Shown here piece by piece: positions 1-12,622 of a stretch of 64,000 bases of DNA. The notes below the pieces were generated by a model. The model was not told where the DNA came from, searched no databases, and saw only the letters and a list, made by a program, of their open reading frames with translations. Both the position numbers and the translations under genes were made by a program. Position 1 is the first letter of the stretch. Each line of letters begins with the position of its first letter. The stretch comes from Antedon mediterranea (taxonomy: Eukaryota > Animalia > Echinodermata), in contig NC_092670.1 in the NCBI RefSeq assembly GCF_964355755.1, positions 33,592,388-33,656,387 on the forward strand, in the 5' to 3' direction.

Positions 1-3000
1 TCTCACAATTGGACCTTTTCTAGGTGGTGTTTTATATCAGGTAATTTGTGATTCCCTCATCTGACACATTACATATAGTATGTAGTACATGATTTAGGCC
101 TATGGCCAGAAACAACTACTCCACTATTATAATAATTAGTACATGTAATACAGTAATGGGTTCCTCTGCTGCTTCTTCTTTTTGGTTATCTTTATGAACA
201 TTTCATGAATCGTTTTAAAGCACTAAAGACAACCATTATTATATTCAGCATATAGCAACATTCAAAATACTGTTTTACCAAGAAATGTTCACAATGTGTT
301 CGCCTATATTGTAAGCCTGTTTTCCTGTCGATTGTTAAGTTGCATTGAATGGCCAGATTCAACAATTTTACAGGAAAAGGGGGTAAAAAATCAACGTTAC
401 ATGGCATTAAAATCTGAAAAGTTGAAGTTCAACTTTAACGTTCTATTTATATATATTAGCGGTCTAACTCGATCATTGTCATTGCTATTTTAATTTTAAC
501 TTTAACGATTTTAAACTTAATGCAACTTAACATCGACAGGAAAACAGGCTTAATAGCTGCTATATCTAAATTAAGCATTATTTATATATACACTAGATAA
601 AGCAGATTACCTACAGTAGTTTTTATATGATATATAAAACATTTTTTATTATGGATTCAGCTGCTTGGATCATGTGCTTCCCCCTTTCCTCAGTTGGATA
701 AAAGTACAGGAAAACTTAACTTAAAAAATTAAGCATAATTTATATATACACGAGATAAAGCAAATTACCTACAGTAGTAGTAGTGTTTATATGGATTTTT
801 ATTTTTTATTATGGATTCACCTGCTTGGAGCATGTGCTTCCCCCTTTCCTCAGTTGGATAAAATTATTATTGAACAAACTATTATTATTACATGTTATGT
901 TTCTGGATTTGCCCCTTGAATAATTATTATGGTGTGTGTTTTTTGTTTTCGTTTTTATATTAGCTTGGTGGGTTTATGTTGCCTTTCGTAGCCATTGGAG
1001 GATTTTCCATGATTTTATCGTTATGCTTATTTTTCATCTTACCAGCTGATAATCGTAGGTATAGTATTATGTACAGTATGCAGATATTCTTAAGTTCTAT
1101 ACTGCATTTTTTTTTTAGTTTGTTGAGATTATGTTTTATTTCTTGGAATTGTATATTTTGTTTTGGGCAAAACAAATAATTTTTGCATTCCAGATTTATC
1201 TGAGCAGAAAACAGGTTCTTTTATCCACCTAATGAGTATCCCTGGAACGTGGGTAGTCGTTTTTAGCCTTTTTATTGGGGCAGCAGCGCTAACATTTATG
1301 GAACCTACTCTCTCAACTGAACTACAACAGGTTGGAGTCATAAATTGTTTTTAATTGTTGACATATTAAATGAAATAAACATTATAATGTGTACAAAAAA
1401 GTAAATAACATAATTATTTGAATAAACGGGGACCCCTAGACATGAACAAAATGCAAAACAATTGATAAAATGAAGTGATAAAATACAGTACAAAATAAAA
1501 ATGCTTGGTAAATTTTAGATCATCAATTAAATAGTCAATGAATTCTTGGATAGAAATATGCCTTTTTCACCTTAACTGCTGTGAATTCTGTTACGATGAG
1601 CTCTCAGATGAGAGGTGAACGAGTGCTCTAGTACGGAGCGGTGTAAATGGTTCCACTGCTTCTTCATTTTTGTTATCTTAGGATATTTAATGGATCAATT
1701 TAGTGTGTAAAGCAACATTGTATTAGGCGCTACCTGTATATGAGACTACCATTATTTTATATTAATATTTAATCACTTTTTGTATATATAAACAATGTTT
1801 AGTATAACTTGACACCTACACAAGTTGGCCTTGTCTTTCTGTTGATGGGTTTGGGATACACAATATCGGCACCAATAGTTGGCTGGATAGCTGATAAACG
1901 TCAGAACACGCGTACTCTACTTTCATTTGGTTACATTTTAGCTGGGATATCATACCTCATAGCAGGCCCATGGCCCGTTCTTCATTTACCAAAGTAAGTC
2001 TTATTTTCTATAGCTTTCTAATTTTTGTTAGGTCTGTATACTGTACAAAGTACCGATGCTGCATTTGTGAACTTTGTTTTTTAAAAATCATCACAAGACT
2101 GTTGTTATTGAGTCGTTGAGTCAACAGCAATTCTTCTCATGCTTTTCAGCGTGCACAGAATGAATTTTCATCTTCTCAGCTGCATTGGTGCACGGCACAT
2201 TATGAAAATAAAATATGTTAATAAGACTAAATATGCCTTGCCTCATATACTTAAACACTAGCAATTATACCCGCCCCAGGGCGGGTTTTTAATTTAGTTT
2301 AAAGCCTTCTCAGTACAGAACACCCGACGCCAGTATCTCCCTATACTCACCAACCTCCACCCCACTTCAATAAAACCACACCGTCTTTTTTAAAAAGAAA
2401 TTCTTCCCAGTGCAGGACAAATTCAATTAATACCTAGCTATGATAGGCCTAGAGTTTACATACGTTTTTAAACTGTATAAATGAACAGGTGTCATATTGG
2501 CTGATAATAATACTGTGGTCCCACAGCCCTCTTCTCCTCTTACCATTCCAGCCACAATCAACAAACCTTTTAACCTCCCCTATACAGTTCAAATGTAGTA
2601 AATTTTCCTAGTACAATTCCAATCATATAGGCTACTTCATTACACCAGTATTTCCGCTCCTCCTCCCTCCCAACACACCCCAGATACTGAGTGATGTGTT
2701 TAAGACGGTTCCAGTACAAATCATGTTAGCCATTACTCCCTACCCATATGTCATGGTCATAGGCTACATCCTCATCCCAAACTCCCAGCTCCTTCCTAGA
2801 GATAATTAAAATACTTTAACATTTTCCTACCACAATTCTGGTCAATTTCATAGCCTACTACTCCTATTCTAAGAAAATCCCCTGAACCCCATCTCCCACA
2901 CCCTATCTCCCAACTCCCCACTCCCACCAAATCCCCGGACTTTTTAAAATGTAGTTTAAAACCTTCCCGGAACAATTGCGGTCATTTTGATACCCCATAT

Positions 3001-5784
3001 GGTTACATCCAGAAACAGAAATTTGTAATACGAACAAACATCGAAAGTGGGAAAAAGTGGGGCATTTTGGCCCCTAACTTGGATCCTAGATGGCGGATGA
3101 TGTTCAAATGTAGTTTAAAACCTTCCCGGTACAATTGCGGTCATTTTGATACCCCATATGTATTTATTACCATATTTACTGAGGGTAGCCTATCCAGTTC
3201 CTAATAGAACTGATCATTCAGGGCCCTCGTGCAGAAAAAAAAATTTGTATAACGAACAAACAAACCAACACACAAACAAACGTACAAACTCTCTCACTTA
3301 TAGATGTCATAATCGCAAATGAAGGATCTTGTAATGAAATGATATTTTCTTTCTAAATCTAATTCTTCACCAGTCTAGATTTGAATAGGGTAAACTTCAG
3401 TACACTTATAAACTGTTTCACAATGTTTTTTTTTCAACCAGTAAACTGTATCTAATCACGATTGGTGTTGTACTGATGTATGTTGCACTTGGCTGTGCTA
3501 TAACACCTACATACCAAGATTTGTTATCGACAGTAGTACACAATGGTATGCCAGATGTAATATCAACACATAGTGTCGTTTCAGGGATGTTTAATAGTGC
3601 CTTTTCGCTTGGGTAAGTATGCATTATTGTTCTTTTTAATTTACCTTAATTTTAATTGTTTTCCTGATGCAAGTATAAAGTAGAACATAAAGGGTCTTTC
3701 ATACCTGTTTCGGCACGATTCCGGTCCGGCACTGGTAAATCCAATCGAATGTCAATGTTTGGTTTTCACACGGCTACACGCATGTCGATTGGCGCATCTG
3801 TGTGGAGCGTTGTGAACAAAACATTGATGTTCAATTCGCCGGAACATGTGTCAAAGAACCTTAACATGTTGATGTTACAATTTAAGATAAACTTTCTCAC
3901 ATACATGCTATGCTAAACAGTGATCTTCCAACACTTGGAAAAAGGAGACACTAACTAGACTTGAACAGTTTTGCTTAATATGCCCAACAATTTGAATAAG
4001 TTCGTAGTATTACGTATCAACAGTCAATTTGGTATGCCTTTAACTTTTATTAAGGTCTGTCTACACTATCAAAATGTGACAACAAACTGTGGTCATATAT
4101 GGACACAATGATGTCATATTACTACCATATTTGGGCACATAGCACTTTTTTGTCACTAGTTTGATAGTGTATACAGAACTATAGAAATCACAAGTTGTTC
4201 ACAAATTCAAAGACAAAGAGAGAAACTACTAAGCATCAATGCTGAAATAGAAAAATAAAGAAAAAAAGTTTCCCAAAACAAGATTGCTTTTTGGTTGTGT
4301 ATTTTTACATTTTTTATCACACCTTATTAGGGTGACCCTAAACAGCGTATGTTAACAATCAAGGGTCCCTTTTGATGAGTGACAGTGGCTGTGTGTACAC
4401 CAGGATACCATCTCGAAAGATGTACTAGGTTCTTTAAAATGCACATGGCTAGATGTGTACACTGGACCTACAGTTTATAATCCTTATCCGAGAAAATTCT
4501 ACCACCAGAACCGTGCGAGTGAGGCTCAAACCATTACTGATGTTAATATGGCAAAGTATTACGGTTCCACTGTCTTAACCACTAACCGTTAACAAAATGT
4601 TAACTCTATTTCTGCAGGTCATTTTTTGGTCCTACTATGGGAGGACTTTTAGTGGATAAATTTAACTTTGCAGTGTCTTCATCTATATTTGGTTTGCTCA
4701 ATCTAATTTCTGCAGCTGGAATTATAGTATTTTCGTTATGGGAATTCAGATGTGGAAAAGGGTAAGTAGTTATCTATTTATTTTGGACACACTATGGATA
4801 TGTTCAGAGGTCAGTAGGATCAGTAATAAAGCCCCAAACTTTTTGAAAAGAGAGTGGAAACAGCTTATAGGAAACTCTGGTGGACCTAGCCAAAAATACC
4901 GCCCCTTAACAAAAAACTCTTGGTACTTTGGTGGGACTTGTTGCATTGAATCAAGACAAACTAACAATAGAATGCTGAGCTCGCCTTCTCAAGATAGGAA
5001 CTCGATGAACATTCCTTTTATGATTGGCATACTAGTTGCTGTTGACAATGTTGCCATTAATTTGCGCAAACAATTATTATGTAGACTAATTTTAATGTTA
5101 CCGAAAATTACCTTACTGAATAATTTACAATTGAAAGTGGTTGAATTAAATAAATGATTACCAAATACAGTACTGTATTCTCTGGTGCAGTGTTAATCAA
5201 ACATTTGAGGAAGTCAATTTGGACAATCAAAAATCAGTCATTCGTTTAGGGGAACAACTGATTGTGCTGCAACCACAGATAAACCCTTTACTCTACTGTG
5301 ACTTAGCATCCTGTTAGGTTGCCTTGGTTGAACTATTAGCATCTCACAAGATACTGGTTTGGGTACAGGTGATGAATCGGAACCAATGTTCAAAAACATA
5401 GGCCTATCTACAATTTAAAGGAGAAGTATATAAAAAAAGGGTGTATTAAAAACTGGTCTTGATTTAAAGCTACATTGCCTTGACTCTATTAATTACTATC
5501 TTAATTTAATAATTCCTGTATATATATTTTGTCTTTTTCACAAATAAAGAAAATAGGTAACGAAAGGTAAATATTAAAGTAACTATATCTTCTACAGGAG
5601 ACGTAAAACAATGTATGTCGCAAAGTTCCGTGTTACCAACGAGGACACAGATAACCTGATAGATAATGAAAATGGTGTTAACTCCGACTCAGTAGAACGT
5701 AACGAAAATATAGACGAAACAGAAGCACCTAATACAGTAATGAAAAATAAATTAAATGGAGAAACAGCAATAAAGATAAATTGA
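1..5784 (+). CDS. SLC18B1: MFS-type transporter SLC18B1-like, 3' part (5'-truncated by window edge)
   Basis: Frame-consistent GT-AG exons 1-40, 964-1054, 1194-1330, 1803-1993, 3442-3612, 4618-4761, 5598-5784 give LTIGPFLGGVLYQ-LGGFMLPF...LTFMEPTL...APIVGWIADK...LIAGPWP...VSGMFNSAFSLGSFFGPTMGGLL...WEFRCGKG...stop TGA 5782-5784; motifs typical of SLC18B1-like MFS proteins. Confidence 0.88.
314..550. mobile_element. MITE with ~33-bp terminal inverted repeats
   Basis: AGCCTGTTTTCCTGTCGATTGTTAAGTTGCATT at 314 and its near-perfect reverse complement ending at 550, flanked by TA on both sides. Confidence 0.75.
570..863. repeat. ~150-bp local tandem duplication in intron
   Basis: aattaagcat...tacctacagtagt...tgtgcttccccctttcctcagttggataaaa occurs twice (about 570-703 and 727-863). 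Confidence 0.75.
2257..3305 (+). mobile_element. Non-autonomous Helitron-like element with internal repeats
   Basis: Starts ACTAG...CCCGCCCCAGGGCGGG hairpin, ends (ACAA)n-CTCTCTCACTTATAGAT; internal duplicated aaatgtagtttaaaaccttcccgg...gataccccatatg (about 2948 and 3106). Confidence 0.55.
4053..4180. mobile_element. Short MITE
   Basis: AGGTCTGTCTACACTATCAAA at start, TTTGATAGTGTATACAGAACT at end (inverted repeat). Confidence 0.65.
4323..4587 (-). mobile_element. tRNA-derived SINE with Meta-type core
   Basis: Minus strand reads degenerate A-box (TAGTGGTTAAG) then TCGGATAAGGATTATAAACTGTAGGTCCAGTGT...TGTGCATTTTAAAGAACC, resembling the MetaSINE conserved domain. Confidence 0.55.
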
Positions 5785-7380
5785 TTGTACAAATAATTAT
5801 TAAATTAAATTATTAACAATTATTTTATCAATAGGCGTAATCTATCTGTGACTAGTTCCCATCAAATTTGATTTTTATTATTAAACATAAATGTGAATCA
5901 AGGATGCAAAATTAAATTTTTACAATTATTTTATTATTGATTTTAGTTCTATATAATATATAAAATACAATTATTTTAATTCATTTAATAACTATATTTT
6001 TATAATGCAATATTTCTCTAATAAGTTTATATGAAATATATATTGAAATATGTGTACGTTGTCTATCTAGATGAGGCATTATTATTATTTTAAGAGTAAA
6101 TACAAAACCTTGATAACTGATTGATTAACTTTAGGTATAGTTGATATACAAGTTTCTGCCAGCCTGTTTAGTGATATTGACTGAAAATTAAACGAAAACG
6201 ATCGTACTGCACAACTTGTTGTAAATTGTCGTGCTGTGTATTATTGTTGCGCAGTATTATATGGTTCAGAATCGGTATTCGTTTGGTCGGTATATATGCA
6301 GTTTCCCAAGGGAAATATATCTCCGTACGAATGACGTGTCCTATCCAGCGTAGTTTTGCAGGCCTCGATGCTAGTAGATATCTGTACGTCTGTCCATCCA
6401 TTGCTGATGCTGAGTAGGCTTCGTTGATGGTATTTCGCTAAACTTTTTACTTATGGCTCATCTGTATTATGATGAATAGATCGTACAAAGGCACGAATGG
6501 CTGCAGCACCAAGTATCTTGTATCGGTCAGCCTTAACGCATGTTGTGATGGAATCCCACTGTTCTCTGTTGTTAAAATGCACAGACTAGCAGGGTTGCTA
6601 ACTTCCATTTTTTATGAAGATTGTGCATTTTGTGACAAAAGCACCAAATTTGGCACAAACCTTCTTTAGGGTATATCTAACAATCCTAGAAGGGGTACCC
6701 ACAAATCGGAACAATTTAACGACGTCAATTTGGACCACGCCCCTTTTTTAGTATTACGTAATTAGGTGAAACCTTAACTCTTTGTATATACATACCAAGT
6801 TTGGTATCAAATTAAAACTCATGACATGTACATTGCAATACACACATAAAAAATATATGATTTCTCTTCAGACGGAATATATAGGTCAAATAATGTCATT
6901 TTCTGTCATATTGAAGGGGTTTTCAATCAAAACGCGCCAATATTGGGCTATGTTATGAACATTGTAGTAATAAGAACAACAACATTCATTTTTGTAGTAG
7001 AACTACTAATATATATTTATCCTGTACCAGTTACTTTCATTTAACATAATATTAGGAACCACTGAAAAAAAGTATATAAAACACATACTGTATCAAACTT
7101 GGCTCAATAATCACTGGACTAAGTAAACAGACAAAAGACCATTTGACTGACAATTACATTACATATTTACATTCATTCGAACAGAAAATTTGGTGAAAAG
7201 ATGATCAGAAATAATATTAATTACTAATGTTTCAAACAAAAAACATACCTCTACAAAACTTATTCTTATATAAATGTTATGCAATAACTGATGCTTTAAA
7301 TGGTTTTATTATAGGAATTACAACAAATCCTTTACTGTTTGTAATTGTACTTTTGCTTATAATAATGCTAGAAAATATTA

Positions 7381-7426
7381 TTGACCCCTGAGGACGATCA
7401 AACATTAATAGAAACGTCGAACTCAA
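7381..7426 (+). ncRNA. Degenerate Penelope-type minimal hammerhead ribozyme motif
   Basis: CTGAGGA...GAA-ACGT-C core with palindromic stem III; stems I and II decayed. Confidence 0.35.
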
Positions 7427-7576
7427 CAGTTCTTTTCAGAATACTAGAAGTAACTTACCGTATTTATCAGAATAAGGGGAGGGATTTTTTATTCGGTGGA
7501 GGCGTTTTTTTGTTTGTTTTTTGGTGTAATATGGTAAAAATATATGTATAATAAAATAAATACACCCTAGATATAA

Positions 7577-7683
7577 AACAAGACCATATAGATGGCTGCA
7601 GTCGCGTGCTCAAGTTAGTGTTTACCGACAGACCAACCGACCGAAATAGTGAGCTGTAGAGTCGCGTTGCACGCGACTAAAAA
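7577..7683. mobile_element. Helentron-associated (HINE/DINE-1-like) element copy 1
   Basis: AACAAG...AGTCGCGTGC subterminal repeat, (CCGA)-type microsatellite, terminal hairpin AGTCGCGTTGCACGCGACTAAAAA; related copies at about 8365-8452 and 11686-11809. Confidence 0.6.
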
Positions 7684-8364
7684 TACAACACAATTAATAT
7701 CGTAATAAGAATAACTGGATTAAACCTCCTTCATCCGGGTGCAAGTACAATCATGATATTTAAAAGGTATCGGAGACAATATAATAGACCAATTCATTGT
7801 CATCATTCTGTAAACACTGTTGTATAATGTTTTTGAATGTCACCGACAAAGTATACATAATACACGTCTGTTGCCAGTGTACATAATAAAACAATATATT
7901 TCTGGAGATTAATTATCAATACCACTAGGGTTTTTTATTTTTTAAGTACTAAATGCATTGACAATTAAAGCATCAAAATTGTATTTTAAAATCATGTTAA
8001 TAGATCATGATAAAATCATACTACAACACACTACAGTACACAGGGGTGTTTTCAGGAAAGCTGGACATATAGTAATGAAACTATGTATTGGCATATATAT
8101 GCAACAGACAGTGTTGATTGTTGACAAATTGTAGTCACAAACAAACAGATGATCCAGAATGAAGATCCATATGAAAAATTGTGTAATCGTGTCTCATATT
8201 GTGTCTCAGGATAATGATGTGTCATTGTTTTATATCATTATACTGGCACCTGGAGAGGATTCGTTAAATGGAGCCTGTGACAGTGTCACTTTTATTCTAC
8301 AAGACAGAAACATTTTAAATAAACGCTCACCCCTCCCTTCGATTTAAACGCCCCGCCACACAAC

Positions 8365-8452
8365 AACAAGGCCATATATATGGCTGCAGTCGCGTGCTCA
8401 AAGTTTAGTTAGTGTTTACCGACCAACCGACCGACATAGTGAGCTGTAGAGT
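8365..8452. mobile_element. HINE-like element copy 2 (truncated)
   Basis: Near-identical to 7577-7660. Confidence 0.55.
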
Positions 8453-9877
8453 TGTAAAATATTAATGATTATCGAAATCAATTATTTCACAAAAATAAAA
8501 AGGTTGAAATTTGGCAATTTTCCTGTACTATATTTTCGTTTGTTAAAAAGGAGAGCAACAGAAGAAGTCAAGCTGATTGCTAGAAAGAACCTTGTCTTGA
8601 AACGTAAGGTAAAATATATACACTCAACGAACTATCATATTAATATAACAATAGTAGCCAGACGAAAATATTTTCACTTTCAAGCTATGTCCTAATTTGC
8701 ATAAACCATATGGTTGGTACACTTAATTGATGATCACATCTATTGTGATGGGTACCGGTGAGCTACCAACACAAGCACAACACACAACTAAATGCTTGGA
8801 TTGTCACTACTCGACTATAATTGATCGATTTAAGGTTCGGTTCGACAGATGGAGCATAGTTTATGACGTAATTTTTGTTAACCTTTTAACAATAAAAAAA
8901 CGGTCGATCAGTACGAAGCGAATGCACGCGGTAGGCCTAGGTTTTTTCAATTTTTGTTGTAAAATTAATTAAAACATATTGTATGTATATTAATATATAG
9001 TATGTGTAGACTGTGAATGCACTTATTTTAGATTCATTACAAAAAAACATTCTCGTACGCCTTTTGCTTTTAATTAGGTATTTTAGTTCATCCTTTGAAC
9101 TAACTTCGTGAATCGAAGACTTAAGCAAAACCTTTTCAAACACGCCCGGTGTCTGCGGACTATGTCTCGAAATAACCGTCACGCTCTGTTAATTACCCTC
9201 CCCCTTCGTTTAACCTCCCTATTGTAATAGTCGAGACGAAAAGCAAACATTAGTAGACTTGTCTACGAAGGAAAACAGAAATGAACTTTAGTAGCTGTTG
9301 AATGTATAGGTCATTGGCACATAATAATTACAAAAGGTCTACGTGATCAAATTATTTGTTTATTCTTATAATAAGCACGTTATACCATATATAAAAAGAC
9401 TTACAATTAGGTGTGTCATTTACCCATGATTAACCGAAATTAATTGGGATAATTATTCACATTGTGTAATGCCTCATAAACGTTTATATATACTACAAAC
9501 TGAAGTCATACGTCATTGCAGTAAAAAATGTAATTACTGGAGTAACTGCAGAAATAATTTTGATATGGTTCCTAAAATAAACGAGCGAGTCGGTAGCATG
9601 TTTACATACAAGATTATTGCTGTTGTTGTACTCATGTCTCTGCCTGTTATCTACTTCAAACATATAAATATCATACATATTATTAGATAAGAATATAAAG
9701 TGCACTTTTTTCTAACTGTTTTACTTTATCATTTTGATATTATAGTATTACTTTAGTTTGTTTCTCACTTGATATCCAGCACTCACAGCATTGGCATTTT
9801 TTCCAGTAATCTATATTTGGATTTATACATGCAACTCTACAAAACACAACAAACACATTAATTCTAAACAGATATTT

Positions 9878-9879
<2 letters not shown>

Positions 9880-9966
<87 letters not shown>
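9880..9966. repeat. (TA)n microsatellite
   Basis: Uninterrupted TA run of ~85 bp. Confidence 0.98.
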
Positions 9967-9969
<3 letters not shown>

Positions 9970-10127
9970 CATACTGTAAATTATAGAAACAGTGCTCATA
10001 TTCGGAACATGATCTCATAATCGCGTCGAGCACAGCTCATTGGCGAAAGTTCCATATTTTTTAGTTGTATGAAAAAATGTCTCTGGCGGGATATATATAT
10101 ATATATATATAAACACATTAGGCAATG

Positions 10128-10412
10128 AACATTAATTCGAAACCGCCCGATGATATACTGAAATTTAATTAATTAATTTGAAACGATAAAGATGAGGAAA
10201 TCTCCCAACCGAGACTCGAACTCGGACCGTCTGCTTGATATGCAGTTGCCCTAACCATTAGACCACTGGGGCTTTCATGGTATTGTTCAAACTCGATTGG
10301 ATAGCGACTCTTTCACATTCTCGGCGTGGTACGGCGGAACAGCACTAGTCCTCAGTTGTACACACGCGCAACAGAGATCAAATCTTACAGTATTTTTTAT
10401 TCACGAGGCGGG
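10128..10412 (-). repeat. Dispersed repeat with internal tRNA-like segment (copy 1)
   Basis: Minus strand CCAGTGGTCTAATGGTTAGG...GAGTTCGAGTCTCGG (A/B boxes); homologues at about 21421-21771, 40947-41307 (minus) and 54105-54298 (plus). Confidence 0.7.
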
Positions 10413-10828
10413 ATCTCCGAAGAGATACTTTTATATATATAAACATATATATATCATACATAAACGTATCTTCTATTTTTTTATTTCTTAACATTTTTTT
10501 TTCTAATATGGCTATTACTCATTTTCATTTAACAATGCTTTTTGTGATAATAAGTAAATAAAACTAAAATTGCTACATGTTTTCTTATCCTTCAGCATTG
10601 TTTTTATCATCTACATAATCTACAAAAATCTTTCCAACTCTTTTTTCAAAAGCATATATTTACAAACATATTTATATTTGATTTTGTTTATTTACTTATT
10701 TATTATCTTGTTTTTTTTTTCAGAATTAAACAATTGTAAGAGATTGATTTTTTTTTTTTATAATAAACTTAATATCTTTACTTTATAATACAGAATGCTC
10801 CTAAAGTTATTAATGTAATTGCTACATA

Positions 10829-11084
10829 GAGTAGCAGAGGATAGCCGAGTGGTTAGGACACTTGACTGTCGTACAGATAGACCCGGGTTCAATGCCCGAC
10901 AACTCCCAGTCCACTCAGCTGTAAAATGAGTACCTGGTTGAAAATACTAGGGAGAAAAAAGGCGGCGTGGAAAGGAACTGGCCACCCTACCACATAATGC
11001 CGAGGCTTAGTACAATGAGCTCCTAACAGCTCCTAACAGCTCATTCCCCTACGTTCAGAGAACACGGGACTCATCCTTTACCTA
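10829..11084 (+). mobile_element. tRNA-derived SINE with Nin/Deu-type core
   Basis: A-box TAGCCGAGTGG, B-box GGTTCAATGCC, core CCCAGTCCACTCAGCTGTAAAATGAGTACC, tail CCTTTACCT; flanks GCTACATA/GCTGCATA resemble an 8-bp TSD. Confidence 0.75.
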
Positions 11085-11685
11085 GCTGCATAATGCTTTA
11101 CATGGAGAAAACAAAATTGTACCAACGATTTTGATGAATTTGCTCACATAATTATAAGTATGTTATTGTTCTAATGAGTTTTTTGCAGTTTATTTAAATG
11201 TTTATATTTTCTTGGTCCTAGTTGTTAAGAACCAACATAGTTCGATTAAGCAATACATTCACGAACATCTGAACACTATCGCTTGTAATTACGTTAAGTT
11301 CTTCAATGAATTCAAGTGGAAACAAAGTTGAGCTTGTTCTTTTTGCGTTCGTTGACCGCGTCTTTTGAACATGTTTTTGGTCACGTCCTACTTGTCTATT
11401 ATTATTTTTAAAACTAATTATGTTTATCTAATTCATCCAAATTTTAAAAAGTGATAACCTAAAATTGTTATCAACTGTTTGTATCCGCCTTGGATAGCCG
11501 AATTTATTTTGCAACGTTGGTCAATGCGGATGCGTCTTATATTTGCTGTTTTCCGTGCGAAAATTAACGTAACCAATCGGAGCTAAAAAAAAAAATAACA
11601 TTGTCGATAGGAGAGTATCTACTGGAGAGTTAACAAGTCAATAACCTTGCGATAGTCGCGCCACCATTAAGGTGCGTCTAGGTCG

Positions 11686-11809
11686 AACAAGGCCATATAC
11701 ATGACTGCAGTCGCGTGCTCAAGTTTTTACCGACCAACCGACAGACCGACCGACCAACCGAACGACAAGATACAGTGAGATGTAGAGTCGTGTTGCACTC
11801 GACTAAAAA
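11686..11809. mobile_element. HINE-like element copy 3
   Basis: Same structure as 7577-7683 with longer (CCGA) tract. Confidence 0.6.
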
Positions 11810-12525
11810 CAAGTTATAAAACGTCTATGATAATTCATACTTTGACTCCCAAATCAAGTCAAAGCCTTTCCACTAGGCGAATTTGTTCGCGTGAATTAAA
11901 AAAATTGTTTTGCAATTTTATTTTCCGAATTCTTTTCTGTGACGAATTCTAGTTGAATTTTTGCTTCAGCGACATCAGTAGTTCGAATAGTGCGATTGTT
12001 TTCTCTGCGAAAATAGTGGATTCGAGCGACTAAATTTGCCTAGAGAATAAGGGCACAGGATACAAAATGATTTATTCTATACTGATTGTACTAAAAGTTT
12101 AACTATAAAATGGTAAAATAAATAATTAAAATCTTATATTTATCTAAACAAAATTAAAATTAAATTGATTCAATTAATTAGTTTAAGGTAACTGGTATCA
12201 TTTCTACTTATCTATGTTGTTGGCTTATACCCTTTGAGAAACAAAATGTTGATCTGATTTGAAGTTGTTCATTGAACTTAATGTTCTGTCGCGCCAAATG
12301 TATAATAACCGTCTGATACAAATAGGACAACCAGTAAACATCAAAATACCTTATGTACAGAAAAACAATAAACATTTTAAAGATAAAATTGCGTTCGTAC
12401 ATAGTAAGCTCAAAGTTTAATAATGTTGTGATAAGAAAAGATGTGTTGAATATTTATTTAATAAGATATCCTATTTTTTGTCACTGCCCCGAGTTTTAAA
12501 ATGAGGCCAGCCTCTTTTGAGAGCA

Positions 12526-12533
12526 TATATAAG
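12526..12533 (+). promoter_or_regulatory. Putative TATA box of FG-GAP gene A1
   Basis: TATATAAG ~95 bp upstream of ATG 12623. Confidence 0.45.
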
Positions 12534-12622
12534 TGAGGATGCTAAACCAGAAGAATAATATCATTGTTACTTTTGATTCAAGAAGAAGCTACAGTAATTC
12601 AGCTGCATTGACGATCTACAAA

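Noticed and set aside
4738-5157. 139-aa ORF
   Set aside because: Starts out of frame in an SLC18B1 exon and runs into intron; no recognisable domain.
9740-10033. ORFs with (YI)n
   Set aside because: Translation of the (TA)n microsatellite.
10200-10273. Functional tRNA gene (also 10829, 21460, 30985, 41000, 54215)
   Set aside because: Only A/B boxes and partial stems; embedded in dispersed repeats, acceptor stems not intact.
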